The notes under the pieces: model-generated
Told to the model about the DNA's origin: nothing
Seen by the model: only the letters and a program-made list of their open reading frames with translations
Database searches by the model: none
Origin: Lachnospiraceae bacterium
GTDB lineage: Bacteria > Bacillota > Clostridia > Lachnospirales > Lachnospiraceae
Direction: 5' to 3'
DNA length: 64,000 nucleotides
Assembly: GCA_044425805.1 (NCBI GenBank)
Contig: JAWXVC010000011.1
Coordinates: 7,768-71,767, forward strand
Program-made: the position numbers and the translations under genes
Part shown: positions 9,331 to 17,405 of the stretch, piece by piece
Layout of the letters: the number at the start of each line of letters is the position of its first letter
How positions within the stretch are numbered: position 1 is the stretch's first letter

Positions 9331-9610
9331 AATAATTTCCCTCGAAATCTCATAAAATTTTGTAAAAAAGTTATATTTTGGAGCATGGATTCATTTTAGC
9401 AAAAAAAAATACAAAAATCTATATATATTATAACGAAAAAGCAAGTTTTTTTGCATAAATCTATGAAGAAGACTGCAATAAAAATGCAAAATTTCTGATA
9501 AAATTACAATGTAAAAATAAAAATGGTGTTAAAATTAAGTAAATTGCGGATGTAAGGTTACGGTAATGAGTATTGTGAATGCGCCGCTTATGAAAATGGA
9601 GGATTTTGAG

Positions 9611-10246
9611 ATGAGTATTATAGCAGAAATGAATCAACAATTACAAGCTGGTAAAGCTAAAATTGTTAAAGGGTTAGTTACACAAGCATTAGAAGAAGGA
9701 TTTGATCCAAAAGTAATCCTAAATGAAGGTTTACTAGGTGGTATGATGGTTATCGGTGAAAAATTCAAGAACAATGAAGTTTTCGTTCCTGAAGTTTTAG
9801 TAGCTGCTCGTGCTATGAATGCAGGTCTTGTAATCTTAGAACCTAAATTAATTGAAGTTGGTAATGAACCAGTTGGTAAAGCTGTTATCGGAACAGTTAA
9901 AGGTGATTTACATGATATCGGTAAAAACCTAGTAGCAATGATGTTAAAAGGTGCTGGATTTGAAGTACACGATCTTGGTGTTGACGTTGATGCAGATACA
10001 TACATCACAGAAGCTCAAGCTTGTGGCGCTACAGTAATCTGTATGTCAGCTCTTCTTACAACAACAATGCCTTACATGTCAGATGTTATCAAAGCATTAG
10101 AAGAAAAAGGTATTCGTGATCAATTTACAGTAATGATCGGTGGAGCACCAATCAACGATAGATATGCAGAACAAATCGGTGCAGATTGCTACACACCAGA
10201 TGCTGCTTCTTGTGCTGAAAAAGCAAAAGAATTAGTAACTGCTTAA
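9611..10246 (+). CDS. Cobalamin-binding corrinoid protein (MtaC/MtbC-like)
   Basis: B12-binding signature DLHDIG (DxHxxG), SALL (SxL) and IGGAP (GG). GGAGG lies 8 nt upstream of ATG 9611. The ORF-track start at 9566 is probably too early. Confidence 0.85.
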   Translation: MSIIAEMNQQLQAGKAKIVKGLVTQALEEGFDPKVILNEGLLGGMMVIGEKFKNNEVFVPEVLVAARAMNAGLVILEPKLIEVGNEPVGKAVIGTVKGDLHDIGKNLVAMMLKGAGFEVHDLGVDVDADTYITEAQACGATVICMSALLTTTMPYMSDVIKALEEKGIRDQFTVMIGGAPINDRYAEQIGADCYTPDAASCAEKAKELVTA

Positions 10247-10279
10247 TTTAAAATGAATTCTATTTACATAGAAAATGGG

Positions 10280-10314
10280 AGCTCGTGTATTGTTAAAATG
10301 CACGAGCTTTCTTC
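10280..10314 (+). terminator. Putative terminator/attenuator after the corrinoid protein gene
   Basis: AGCTCGTG - 13-nt loop - CACGAGCT followed by TTCTTC. The U-tract is weak. Confidence 0.45.
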
Positions 10315-10499
10315 ATAAAAAGATAAATATTACGATTCCAGAATTTATTTGCATCTTTGTAAAAAAGTATAAAAAATACAAAAAAAATACAAAAGTATAA
10401 ATGTAAAATTGTTAGAATGAGTAGGGAAGCAAAAGACTTACTAGAACAATTTGGTTATTATTGAAATTAAAAAATATATATAATATAAGGAGATTTATC

Positions 10500-11861
10500 A
10501 TGACAGGGAAAGAACTGATTTTTAAGACACTTAAAAACGAAGAAACAGGCGCTACACCATGGGTACCATTTGCAGGTGTACATGCAGCAACAGTATTAGG
10601 TTACACAGCAACAGAAGTTTTAACAGATGGTGACAAATTAATTGAATGCTTAAAAGAAGTAAATCGTTTATACAAACCTTCTGGACTTCCAGTACTTTTC
10701 GATTTACAAGTAGAAGCAGAATGCTTGGGTTGTGATTTGGTATGGGCTGATGATGCTCCTCCTTCAGTTTCTACTCATCCACTAGAAGGTGCAGAAGATT
10801 TAGTGACACCTTGTGATTGTACAATTCCAAAAGCTACAGACGGAAGACTTCCTATGATTTTAGATTCTATGAAGAAAATCAAAGCTGAAGTAGGCGAAGA
10901 AGTTGCTCTTTACGGACTAATCTGTGGACCTTTTACATTAGCAACACATTTACGTGGAAATGATATCTTTATGGATATGTATGATGATGAAGATGCAGTA
11001 GTTGAATTTTTAGCTTATTGTACAAAAGTAGCAAAGGCAGTTGCTGGTTACTATATCGAAGCTGGTATGGATGTAATCGCTGTTGTAGATCCACTTATTT
11101 CTCAAATTTCTGCAGCTCACTTTAGAGAATTTATGTCAGAACCATTTGGCGATTTATTTGATTTCATTCGTGATCAAGGTGCTCTTTCTTCATTCTTCGT
11201 TTGTGGTGATGCTACAAGAAACGTAGAAGAAATGTGTCTTACAAGACCAGATGCTATCTCTGTAGATGAAAATGTTGATATCATTGCAGCAAAAGAAGTG
11301 ACTGACAAATACGACGTTTGTATCGGTGGTAATATTCCTCTTACAACAGTTATGTTACATGGTTCTCAATTAGATAACATGAAATATGTTGTTGAATTGT
11401 TAGATAAAATGCCAAGCAAGAAAAACTTCATCCTATCACCTGGTTGTGATATGCCTTTCAACGTACCGGTTGAAAACACAATCGCTGTAGCACAAGCTGT
11501 ACTTGATACAGATTCTGTTAGAGAAATGGTAGCAAACTATGAAGCTCCTGAAATGGATATCGAAGTAATCTTACCTGATTATGCAAACCTATCAAAACCA
11601 TTAGTAGAAGTATTTACATTAGACTCAGCTACATGTGCAGCTTGTACTTATATGATGGGTGCTGCAAATGAAGCAAAAGCTTCATTTGGTGAAGAAATTG
11701 ATATGATCGAATACAAATTTACTGAAAAAGAAAACATTGCTCGTTGTGTTAAAATGGGAGTTCCAAATCTACCATCTCTATACATCAATGGTGAAATGAA
11801 ATTCCGTTCTATCGTTCCTTCAAAAGAAGAACTAGAACAAGCAATCAAATCAGTAATGTAA
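10500..11861 (+). CDS. URO-D/MtaA-family corrinoid methyltransferase fused to a C-terminal thioredoxin-like (CxxC) domain
   Basis: ATG 10500 follows AAGGAG. About 370 aa resemble the uroporphyrinogen-decarboxylase-family methyltransferase fold. The last 80 aa or so (TCAAC...GVPNLPSLYINGE...VPSKEEL) resemble small redox-active disulfide proteins. Confidence 0.75.
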   Translation: MTGKELIFKTLKNEETGATPWVPFAGVHAATVLGYTATEVLTDGDKLIECLKEVNRLYKPSGLPVLFDLQVEAECLGCDLVWADDAPPSVSTHPLEGAEDLVTPCDCTIPKATDGRLPMILDSMKKIKAEVGEEVALYGLICGPFTLATHLRGNDIFMDMYDDEDAVVEFLAYCTKVAKAVAGYYIEAGMDVIAVVDPLISQISAAHFREFMSEPFGDLFDFIRDQGALSSFFVCGDATRNVEEMCLTRPDAISVDENVDIIAAKEVTDKYDVCIGGNIPLTTVMLHGSQLDNMKYVVELLDKMPSKKNFILSPGCDMPFNVPVENTIAVAQAVLDTDSVREMVANYEAPEMDIEVILPDYANLSKPLVEVFTLDSATCAACTYMMGAANEAKASFGEEIDMIEYKFTEKENIARCVKMGVPNLPSLYINGEMKFRSIVPSKEELEQAIKSVM

Positions 11862-11862
11862 T

Positions 11863-12795
11863 ATGAAGAAAATATATATAGTTACCGGCTTCCTAGGAGC
11901 CGGTAAAACTACTTTTATAAATGAATTTATTTCACTTTTTCCTATGGAGAAATTGAAAATTATAGTAAATGAATTTGGTAGCGTTGGTGTAGATGGTGAC
12001 GTACTTCGTAAATCAGGAGCTCAGGTAGAGGAAATCAACAGTGGCTCTATTTTCTGTTCTTGTAGAATGGATCATTTTGAAAATGCGTTGCAAAAAGTGC
12101 TTGCAGAAGAGAAAGAAATCATTCTAGTAGAAACCTCTGGTTTATCAGATACTACAAAAGCCAGACACATTATTTGTGACAACCCTAAATTTAAAGAATT
12201 AGCATATGCAGGTTGCATTTGTTTGATTGATGCTGCTAGATTTCATAAAGTACTTAAGACGGCGCTTGTAGTACAAAAGCAAGTAATGACAGCGGATATT
12301 TTTCTTTTAAACAAAACAGATTTAGTAGAAGCAGAGGATTTACAAGCAACCGTTGATGTGTTAAAAGGAATGAACGAGCAAGCAGTATTGTATCAAACCT
12401 CGTTTGGCAAGATCGAAGGTTCCTTTAGAGAATCCCTACAAAATCCTGTAGTAATCGATTTGAAAGATGTAGTGTCAACAAACGATATTACGACTAGAAA
12501 ATTCGTGATTTCTCTTGCAGAGAATCAAAGTATTAGGTATATGGAAAGATTTATTCGTAGCTTCTTAATCGATACCTATCGTGTGAAAGGCTTTATAAAA
12601 GCGAGAGAAGGTGTATTTCTTGTGAATGGAGTTGGAAAACAGCTTGATATTGTGTTACAAGAAGAAGAGGCTTATGCAAGTCACTTAGATACACTCAATC
12701 AATTAGTTGTACTTTCGGGAGGCGGTATGCCAACAAAGAGTACGATTAAAAAATCTGTAGAGCTTTTTAGTGACTGTGTCATAAGTTGGACGTAG
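11863..12795 (+). CDS. COG0523/CobW-family G3E P-loop GTPase (metallochaperone-like)
   Basis: Walker A GFLGAGKTT, ETSGL and NKTD. Starts 1 nt after the methyltransferase stop. The canonical GCxCC position reads GSIFCSC. Confidence 0.8.
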   Translation: MKKIYIVTGFLGAGKTTFINEFISLFPMEKLKIIVNEFGSVGVDGDVLRKSGAQVEEINSGSIFCSCRMDHFENALQKVLAEEKEIILVETSGLSDTTKARHIICDNPKFKELAYAGCICLIDAARFHKVLKTALVVQKQVMTADIFLLNKTDLVEAEDLQATVDVLKGMNEQAVLYQTSFGKIEGSFRESLQNPVVIDLKDVVSTNDITTRKFVISLAENQSIRYMERFIRSFLIDTYRVKGFIKAREGVFLVNGVGKQLDIVLQEEEAYASHLDTLNQLVVLSGGGMPTKSTIKKSVELFSDCVISWT

Positions 12796-12821
12796 AAATT
12801 ATATAGTGAGTATGATATACT

Positions 12822-12856
12822 AGGACTGTCGAAAATAGGCAGTCCTTGTTTTTTTG
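12822..12856 (+). terminator. Rho-independent terminator
   Basis: AGGACTG - loop - CAGTCCT followed by TGTTTTTTT. Confidence 0.75.
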
Positions 12857-12888
12857 TGGACCACTATGAATAGGAATGGAGAAGAGAG

Positions 12889-14007
12889 ATGCAAGGATTG
12901 AATTTATTGATAAAACCTGCTTCAGGCAATTGTAATATGAGATGCAAATACTGCTTTTATGCAGATGAGATGATTAATAGAGAAGTTTCCACATATGGTA
13001 TTATGTCAATCGAGACGCTAGAAGTTGTATTGGATAAGGCGTTAAAGGAAGCAACGGGTCAACTTACGATAGCATTTCAAGGAGGAGAACCTACACTTGC
13101 TGGATTTCCCTTTTTTGAGCATGTTGTAGAGTATGTTTCCACACATAATTATAATAAGTGCCAGATTAATTATGGATTGCAGACGAATGGCTATATGCTA
13201 GATGAGAGATGGGCAAAGCTTTTTCATGACAATAACTTCCTTATTGGAGTTTCTCTTGATGGGACGAAGGAAATACATGATAAATATCGAGTGGATGCAA
13301 AAGGTGAGGGCACTTTTGATCGTATTATGAAAAATCTCAAGATGTTTGAAGAATATCAGGTTGAATTTAATATTTTAACAGTGGTACATGCTGATGTAGC
13401 TGAAAATATTGGTAAGATTTATAACTTTTATAAAAGAGAAGGCTTTATGTACCAACAGTATATTGAGTGTTTAGAGCCATTTAAAGAAATGGTTGGAACG
13501 CAAGAATACTCACTTACACCAGAAAAGTACAGTAAATTTTTGGTTACATTATTTAGAAAATGGTATAAGGATTTAGAGGCTGGTAATTATGTATATAACA
13601 GATTTTTTGAGAATGTACTTATGATTATTGCAGGTCAGAGACCAGAAAGTTGTAATATGCAAGGTGTCTGTGGAAAACAGTGGGTGGTTGAGGCAGATGG
13701 TAGTGTATATCCATGTGATTTTTATGCACTCGATGAATGGAAAATCGGTAATCTTTTGACTGATAGTTTTGATCAAATCGAAGCAAATCGTGCAGATATT
13801 GGTTTCATTGAATGTTCCAAAAATCAACCAGACGAATGCAAGGCCTGTAAATGGTTCCCAATTTGTAGAAATGGTTGTAGAAGACATTGTGAGCCTGTTA
13901 CAATGGATGAACGCAGTAGGAACTATTTCTGTAAAGCATTTAAAGATTTTTATGAAAATACATATAAAGACTTTGTAGATATTAGAAATAAATATGTACA
14001 AAGATAG
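12889..14007 (+). CDS. Anaerobic sulfatase-maturating enzyme (radical SAM/SPASM, anSME)
   Basis: CNMRCKYC radical SAM cluster, GGEPTL, and SPASM cysteines CDFY...CKACKWFPICRNGCRRHC. Collinear by eye with clostridial anSME over the full length. Confidence 0.85.
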   Translation: MQGLNLLIKPASGNCNMRCKYCFYADEMINREVSTYGIMSIETLEVVLDKALKEATGQLTIAFQGGEPTLAGFPFFEHVVEYVSTHNYNKCQINYGLQTNGYMLDERWAKLFHDNNFLIGVSLDGTKEIHDKYRVDAKGEGTFDRIMKNLKMFEEYQVEFNILTVVHADVAENIGKIYNFYKREGFMYQQYIECLEPFKEMVGTQEYSLTPEKYSKFLVTLFRKWYKDLEAGNYVYNRFFENVLMIIAGQRPESCNMQGVCGKQWVVEADGSVYPCDFYALDEWKIGNLLTDSFDQIEANRADIGFIECSKNQPDECKACKWFPICRNGCRRHCEPVTMDERSRNYFCKAFKDFYENTYKDFVDIRNKYVQR

Positions 14008-14028
14008 CGAAAGTGAGAATTACGAGAT

Positions 14029-15366
14029 ATGAAGGATATGACAACAGGGAGCCCGATTAAAAATATTTTTTTATTTGCAATCCCGGTATTACTTGGAAAT
14101 TTATTCCAAAATTTTTATGCTATTGCAGACTCTGTTATCGTTGGGCAACTTTTAGGTGTTGAAGCACTTGCAGCAGTTGGTGCTACAAGTTCTATTGTTT
14201 TTCTTGTGTTTGGCTGGATTGTAGGTCTTACAAGTGGGTTTGGTATACTGATTTCACAAGCCTATGGTGCAGGTGATGAATGGTATTTAAAACACTATGT
14301 GGCGATGTCTACTTATATTTGCTTGATTTTTACAATTGTAATGACGGTGGGACTTCTTACCTGCAATGATATGATTTTGCATGCGATGAATATACCGGAA
14401 AATATTTTGGGTGACACGAGTGTATATATTTGTATTATTTATATGAGCATTCCAATTAGCTTTATATATAACATGCTGACATCGATAGCAAGAGCTTTAG
14501 GCGATAGCAAGACACCTCTATATTTTTTGACCTTATCTTCAGTGATTAATATTGGACTAGACTTTTTGTTAGTAGCAAAAACACCACTAGGAGTAGCGGG
14601 TGCTGCGTATGCTACACTAATTGCACAGCTTGTCTCGGCAATATTATGCTTTATATATGTATTTAGAAAATATAAGGAGATTCACTTTGCAAAAGAGCAT
14701 AGTAAAATCAACATGCAATCAGTTAAGAAGTTATTAGGTATGGGTGTTCCGATGGGATTACAGTTTTCCATTACGGCAATTGGCGTTATGATAGTTCAGT
14801 CATCCCTCAATACACTCGGTGCAATTTATATTGCTGCCTTTGCTGCAGCGATTAAAATTCAGAATATTCTTATGCAGGTTTATATTGCTATGGGGGCAGC
14901 TGTTGCTACATATGTGGGACAAAATTTTGGTGCAGGAAAAATAGAACGTATCAAAAAGGGCGTAAGACAAAGCGTGATTACAGGCTTGATTTTAACAGTA
15001 TTTTTAATGTTATTTTCTTACTATTTTGCTGGACCGTTGACTAGGGTTTTTGTGACAGATAATGCGGATGATGTAGTGGAAATCGCTAAGCAATACTTAC
15101 ATATATGCCTTTGGTTTTATCCTTGGCTTGGTATGATTTTTACTTATAGAAATGCACTGCAAGGATTAGGTAACGGATTTATGCCTATGATGGGTGGTGT
15201 TGCAGAGTTAATCGCTAGGGCACTTATTGTTATGATATTTTTTGAGGAGCTTCAATTTGTTGCAATCTGTATGAGTGAAGCAATCGCTTGGGTGAGTGCG
15301 CTTATCCCATTGATTCCTTACTATTATTATTATACTAGAAAATTGACAAAGAAAATGATTTCATAG
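14029..15366 (+). CDS. MATE-family efflux transporter
   Basis: 445 aa with 12 predicted TM segments. N-terminus is typical of MATE (PIKNIFLFAIPVLLGNLFQNFY...DSVIVGQ). Confidence 0.85.
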   Translation: MKDMTTGSPIKNIFLFAIPVLLGNLFQNFYAIADSVIVGQLLGVEALAAVGATSSIVFLVFGWIVGLTSGFGILISQAYGAGDEWYLKHYVAMSTYICLIFTIVMTVGLLTCNDMILHAMNIPENILGDTSVYICIIYMSIPISFIYNMLTSIARALGDSKTPLYFLTLSSVINIGLDFLLVAKTPLGVAGAAYATLIAQLVSAILCFIYVFRKYKEIHFAKEHSKINMQSVKKLLGMGVPMGLQFSITAIGVMIVQSSLNTLGAIYIAAFAAAIKIQNILMQVYIAMGAAVATYVGQNFGAGKIERIKKGVRQSVITGLILTVFLMLFSYYFAGPLTRVFVTDNADDVVEIAKQYLHICLWFYPWLGMIFTYRNALQGLGNGFMPMMGGVAELIARALIVMIFFEELQFVAICMSEAIAWVSALIPLIPYYYYYTRKLTKKMIS

Positions 15367-15380
15367 AGAGGAACTTGATT

Positions 15381-16262
15381 ATGAAGGACAGTATAAAGCG
15401 AGTAGTGATTACAGGAAGCACAGGCTTTTTGGGGAGTCGGTTGTATTTGTATCTGAAGGATAAATATGAGGTAATACTAACGACAAGGGAGTTAGTGGAT
15501 ATTACAAATCAAGAGAGTGTGACAGGTTTTTTGGAAAAAACAAAACCGGACATTCTTATTCATTGTGCTGCTATTTCAGATACTCGTTATGCTCAGTCTC
15601 ATCAAGAAGAACATGAAGTGATGAATGTTTTGGTACCTTACTATCTTGCGAGTGCGTGTGAGAAAATAGGTGCTAGGATGATTTTTATGAGTTCAGATCA
15701 AATATATAATGGTAACACGTTGCATGGTGACACCTATGATCTATTAGCTGATGCTGCGCGTGAAGAAATAGATGATTGCCCAATTTCAGTGTATGCAGAT
15801 GGCAAAAAAAGAGCAGAAAAAAAGGTTCTTGCTGCTTGTCAAGACGCTGTGTGTCTTCGCCTTAGTTGGATGTTTGACGTGCCAAGAGAGGGGTGTAAGA
15901 CGAGTGCCAATATCATTACAAATCTTATGGCTGCGATAAAAGAACAACAAGATGTTTATTTTAGTGAGCGTGATTACAGACCTATGACGTATGTCCAAGA
16001 AGTTGTTGTGAATATTGAAAAGATGTTTTTTGTTCCAGCAGGCAGCTATAATTTTGGTGGTAGCAATACGCTTTCAAGCTATGAGATTGCTAAAATCGTT
16101 GAAAAGCTTATGTCAGGTGGAGTTGAGAAAAGTTTTGTTCAGAAAAATGAAGTGCGCTTTGCTGATAGAGCTAGAAATATGACAATGGCATATGATAAAA
16201 TCAATAGTCAAGGAATCTTTTTTAGTGATGCGATAGAAGGAATAAAAAGTTGCCTAGAATAG
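15381..16262 (+). CDS. NAD(P)-dependent sugar-nucleotide reductase/epimerase (RmlD-like)
   Basis: ITGSTGFLGS Rossmann motif and YADGKK (YxxxK). ATG 15381 follows AGAGAGGAA. Confidence 0.65.
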   Translation: MKDSIKRVVITGSTGFLGSRLYLYLKDKYEVILTTRELVDITNQESVTGFLEKTKPDILIHCAAISDTRYAQSHQEEHEVMNVLVPYYLASACEKIGARMIFMSSDQIYNGNTLHGDTYDLLADAAREEIDDCPISVYADGKKRAEKKVLAACQDAVCLRLSWMFDVPREGCKTSANIITNLMAAIKEQQDVYFSERDYRPMTYVQEVVVNIEKMFFVPAGSYNFGGSNTLSSYEIAKIVEKLMSGGVEKSFVQKNEVRFADRARNMTMAYDKINSQGIFFSDAIEGIKSCLE

Positions 16263-16314
16263 AAGTTTTGCAAAATTCTAATAAGTTAAAGAGAGAGGAT
16301 GGGTGTGATAGAAT

Positions 16315-17400
16315 ATGAAAATTAAATTATATGCAGTTTGCCTATCTATGTTGATGTTGTGCTTCCTTGGTGGTTGTTCGCAAGAAGTATCAGAAGAAGT
16401 GTCAGAAGAAGTGTCAGATGCTCAGGAGATAGATGAACTTGCACAAATTTATGATAAAATAAATAATATGCAGTACGCTTCGGCGCTTGAATCTTTAGAA
16501 ACGATAGAGATAGAAAAAACTGAACAAGAATATTATAGAATGCTTGGTATTTGCTACATAGGTTTGGCAAGATATGAAGAGGCGGTAGAAGTTTTAGAGT
16601 ACGCGTTGTCTATAAATCCAGGATATGTTACAGAGGTTGACTTTGATACGAATTATTATCTAGCGGTTGCATATACTAAAACTGGATATTATGAAAGCGC
16701 CAAAGCTGTTTATGAAGCTATTACTGCTTTGGATGCAAAGCAAGTTGAAGCTTACTATTTAAATGGAGTGACACTGTTATATATGGGTCGAGTAGATGAG
16801 TCGCTTTTACAATTTGATATAGCAGCAGATCTTGAACCACAAAATTACGACCGATTAGTAGAAATATATCAGGTACTTGATTTGTTTGGGTATACAAGCT
16901 ATGGAGAAGCGTATTTACTCGAAGCAGTGGATAATAAAGTACAAGACGATGATTTGAATAGAGGGAAAATGCTCTATTACTTGAAGGATTATCAAAATGC
17001 TGTACTTGCGTTAGAGGAAGTTGGGGACACAAAGGATATACAAGAGTCTAGTGAAGTGGGTTTATATCTCGGGATGGCATATGAGGCGATGGGTGATTTG
17101 AATTATGCGGCAAGTGTGTATGAGAGCGCGATAGCTCTTAATGCTACAGCAGCATTGTATAATCAACTTGGTTTATGCCAGTTACAAAGAGAGTCCTATG
17201 AGGCGGCACTTGAAGCCTTTAGGCTGGGACTTGCTTGTGATAATAGCTTATATAATCAGTCGTTACGTTATAATGAAATCGTTACACTAGAATATATGAG
17301 TGAATACGAAGAAGCAAAGCTCTTGCTAGAAGAATATCTACAAGATTATCAATCGGATGATAGAGCAGCTAGAGAATATGAATTTTTGCAAACAAGGTAA
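16315..17400 (+). CDS. TPR-repeat lipoprotein
   Basis: Signal peptide with lipobox LGGC, a short (SEEV)n tract, then multiple TPR-like repeats (A..Y..AL..). Confidence 0.7.
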   Translation: MKIKLYAVCLSMLMLCFLGGCSQEVSEEVSEEVSDAQEIDELAQIYDKINNMQYASALESLETIEIEKTEQEYYRMLGICYIGLARYEEAVEVLEYALSINPGYVTEVDFDTNYYLAVAYTKTGYYESAKAVYEAITALDAKQVEAYYLNGVTLLYMGRVDESLLQFDIAADLEPQNYDRLVEIYQVLDLFGYTSYGEAYLLEAVDNKVQDDDLNRGKMLYYLKDYQNAVLALEEVGDTKDIQESSEVGLYLGMAYEAMGDLNYAASVYESAIALNATAALYNQLGLCQLQRESYEAALEAFRLGLACDNSLYNQSLRYNEIVTLEYMSEYEEAKLLLEEYLQDYQSDDRAAREYEFLQTR

Positions 17401-17405
17401 TAACT

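Noticed and set aside
13573-14001. 142-aa minus-strand ORF inside the anSME gene. Similar nested antisense ORFs occur at 21351-21764, 36642-37073, 41556-41948, 47727-48089, 51643-52008 and 57279-57710.
   Set aside because: Each lies entirely within a plus-strand gene that has strong family motifs. None has a recognisable domain or RBS, and their composition is what an AT-rich antisense frame would produce. I treat them as spurious.
12889-14007. The radical SAM/SPASM gene plus the adjacent MATE exporter as a RiPP (sactipeptide/ranthipeptide-like) cluster.
   Set aside because: The protein is collinear with clostridial anaerobic sulfatase maturases over its whole length. No small precursor ORF precedes it, only a terminator, and a Cys-type sulfatase client is present in the window.
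16381-16416. 12-nt tandem repeat (GAAGAAGTGTCA, about three units) at the start of the TPR lipoprotein.
   Set aside because: It encodes a short (SEEV)n linker after the lipobox, a common low-complexity feature. At most it is a minor length-variable tract.
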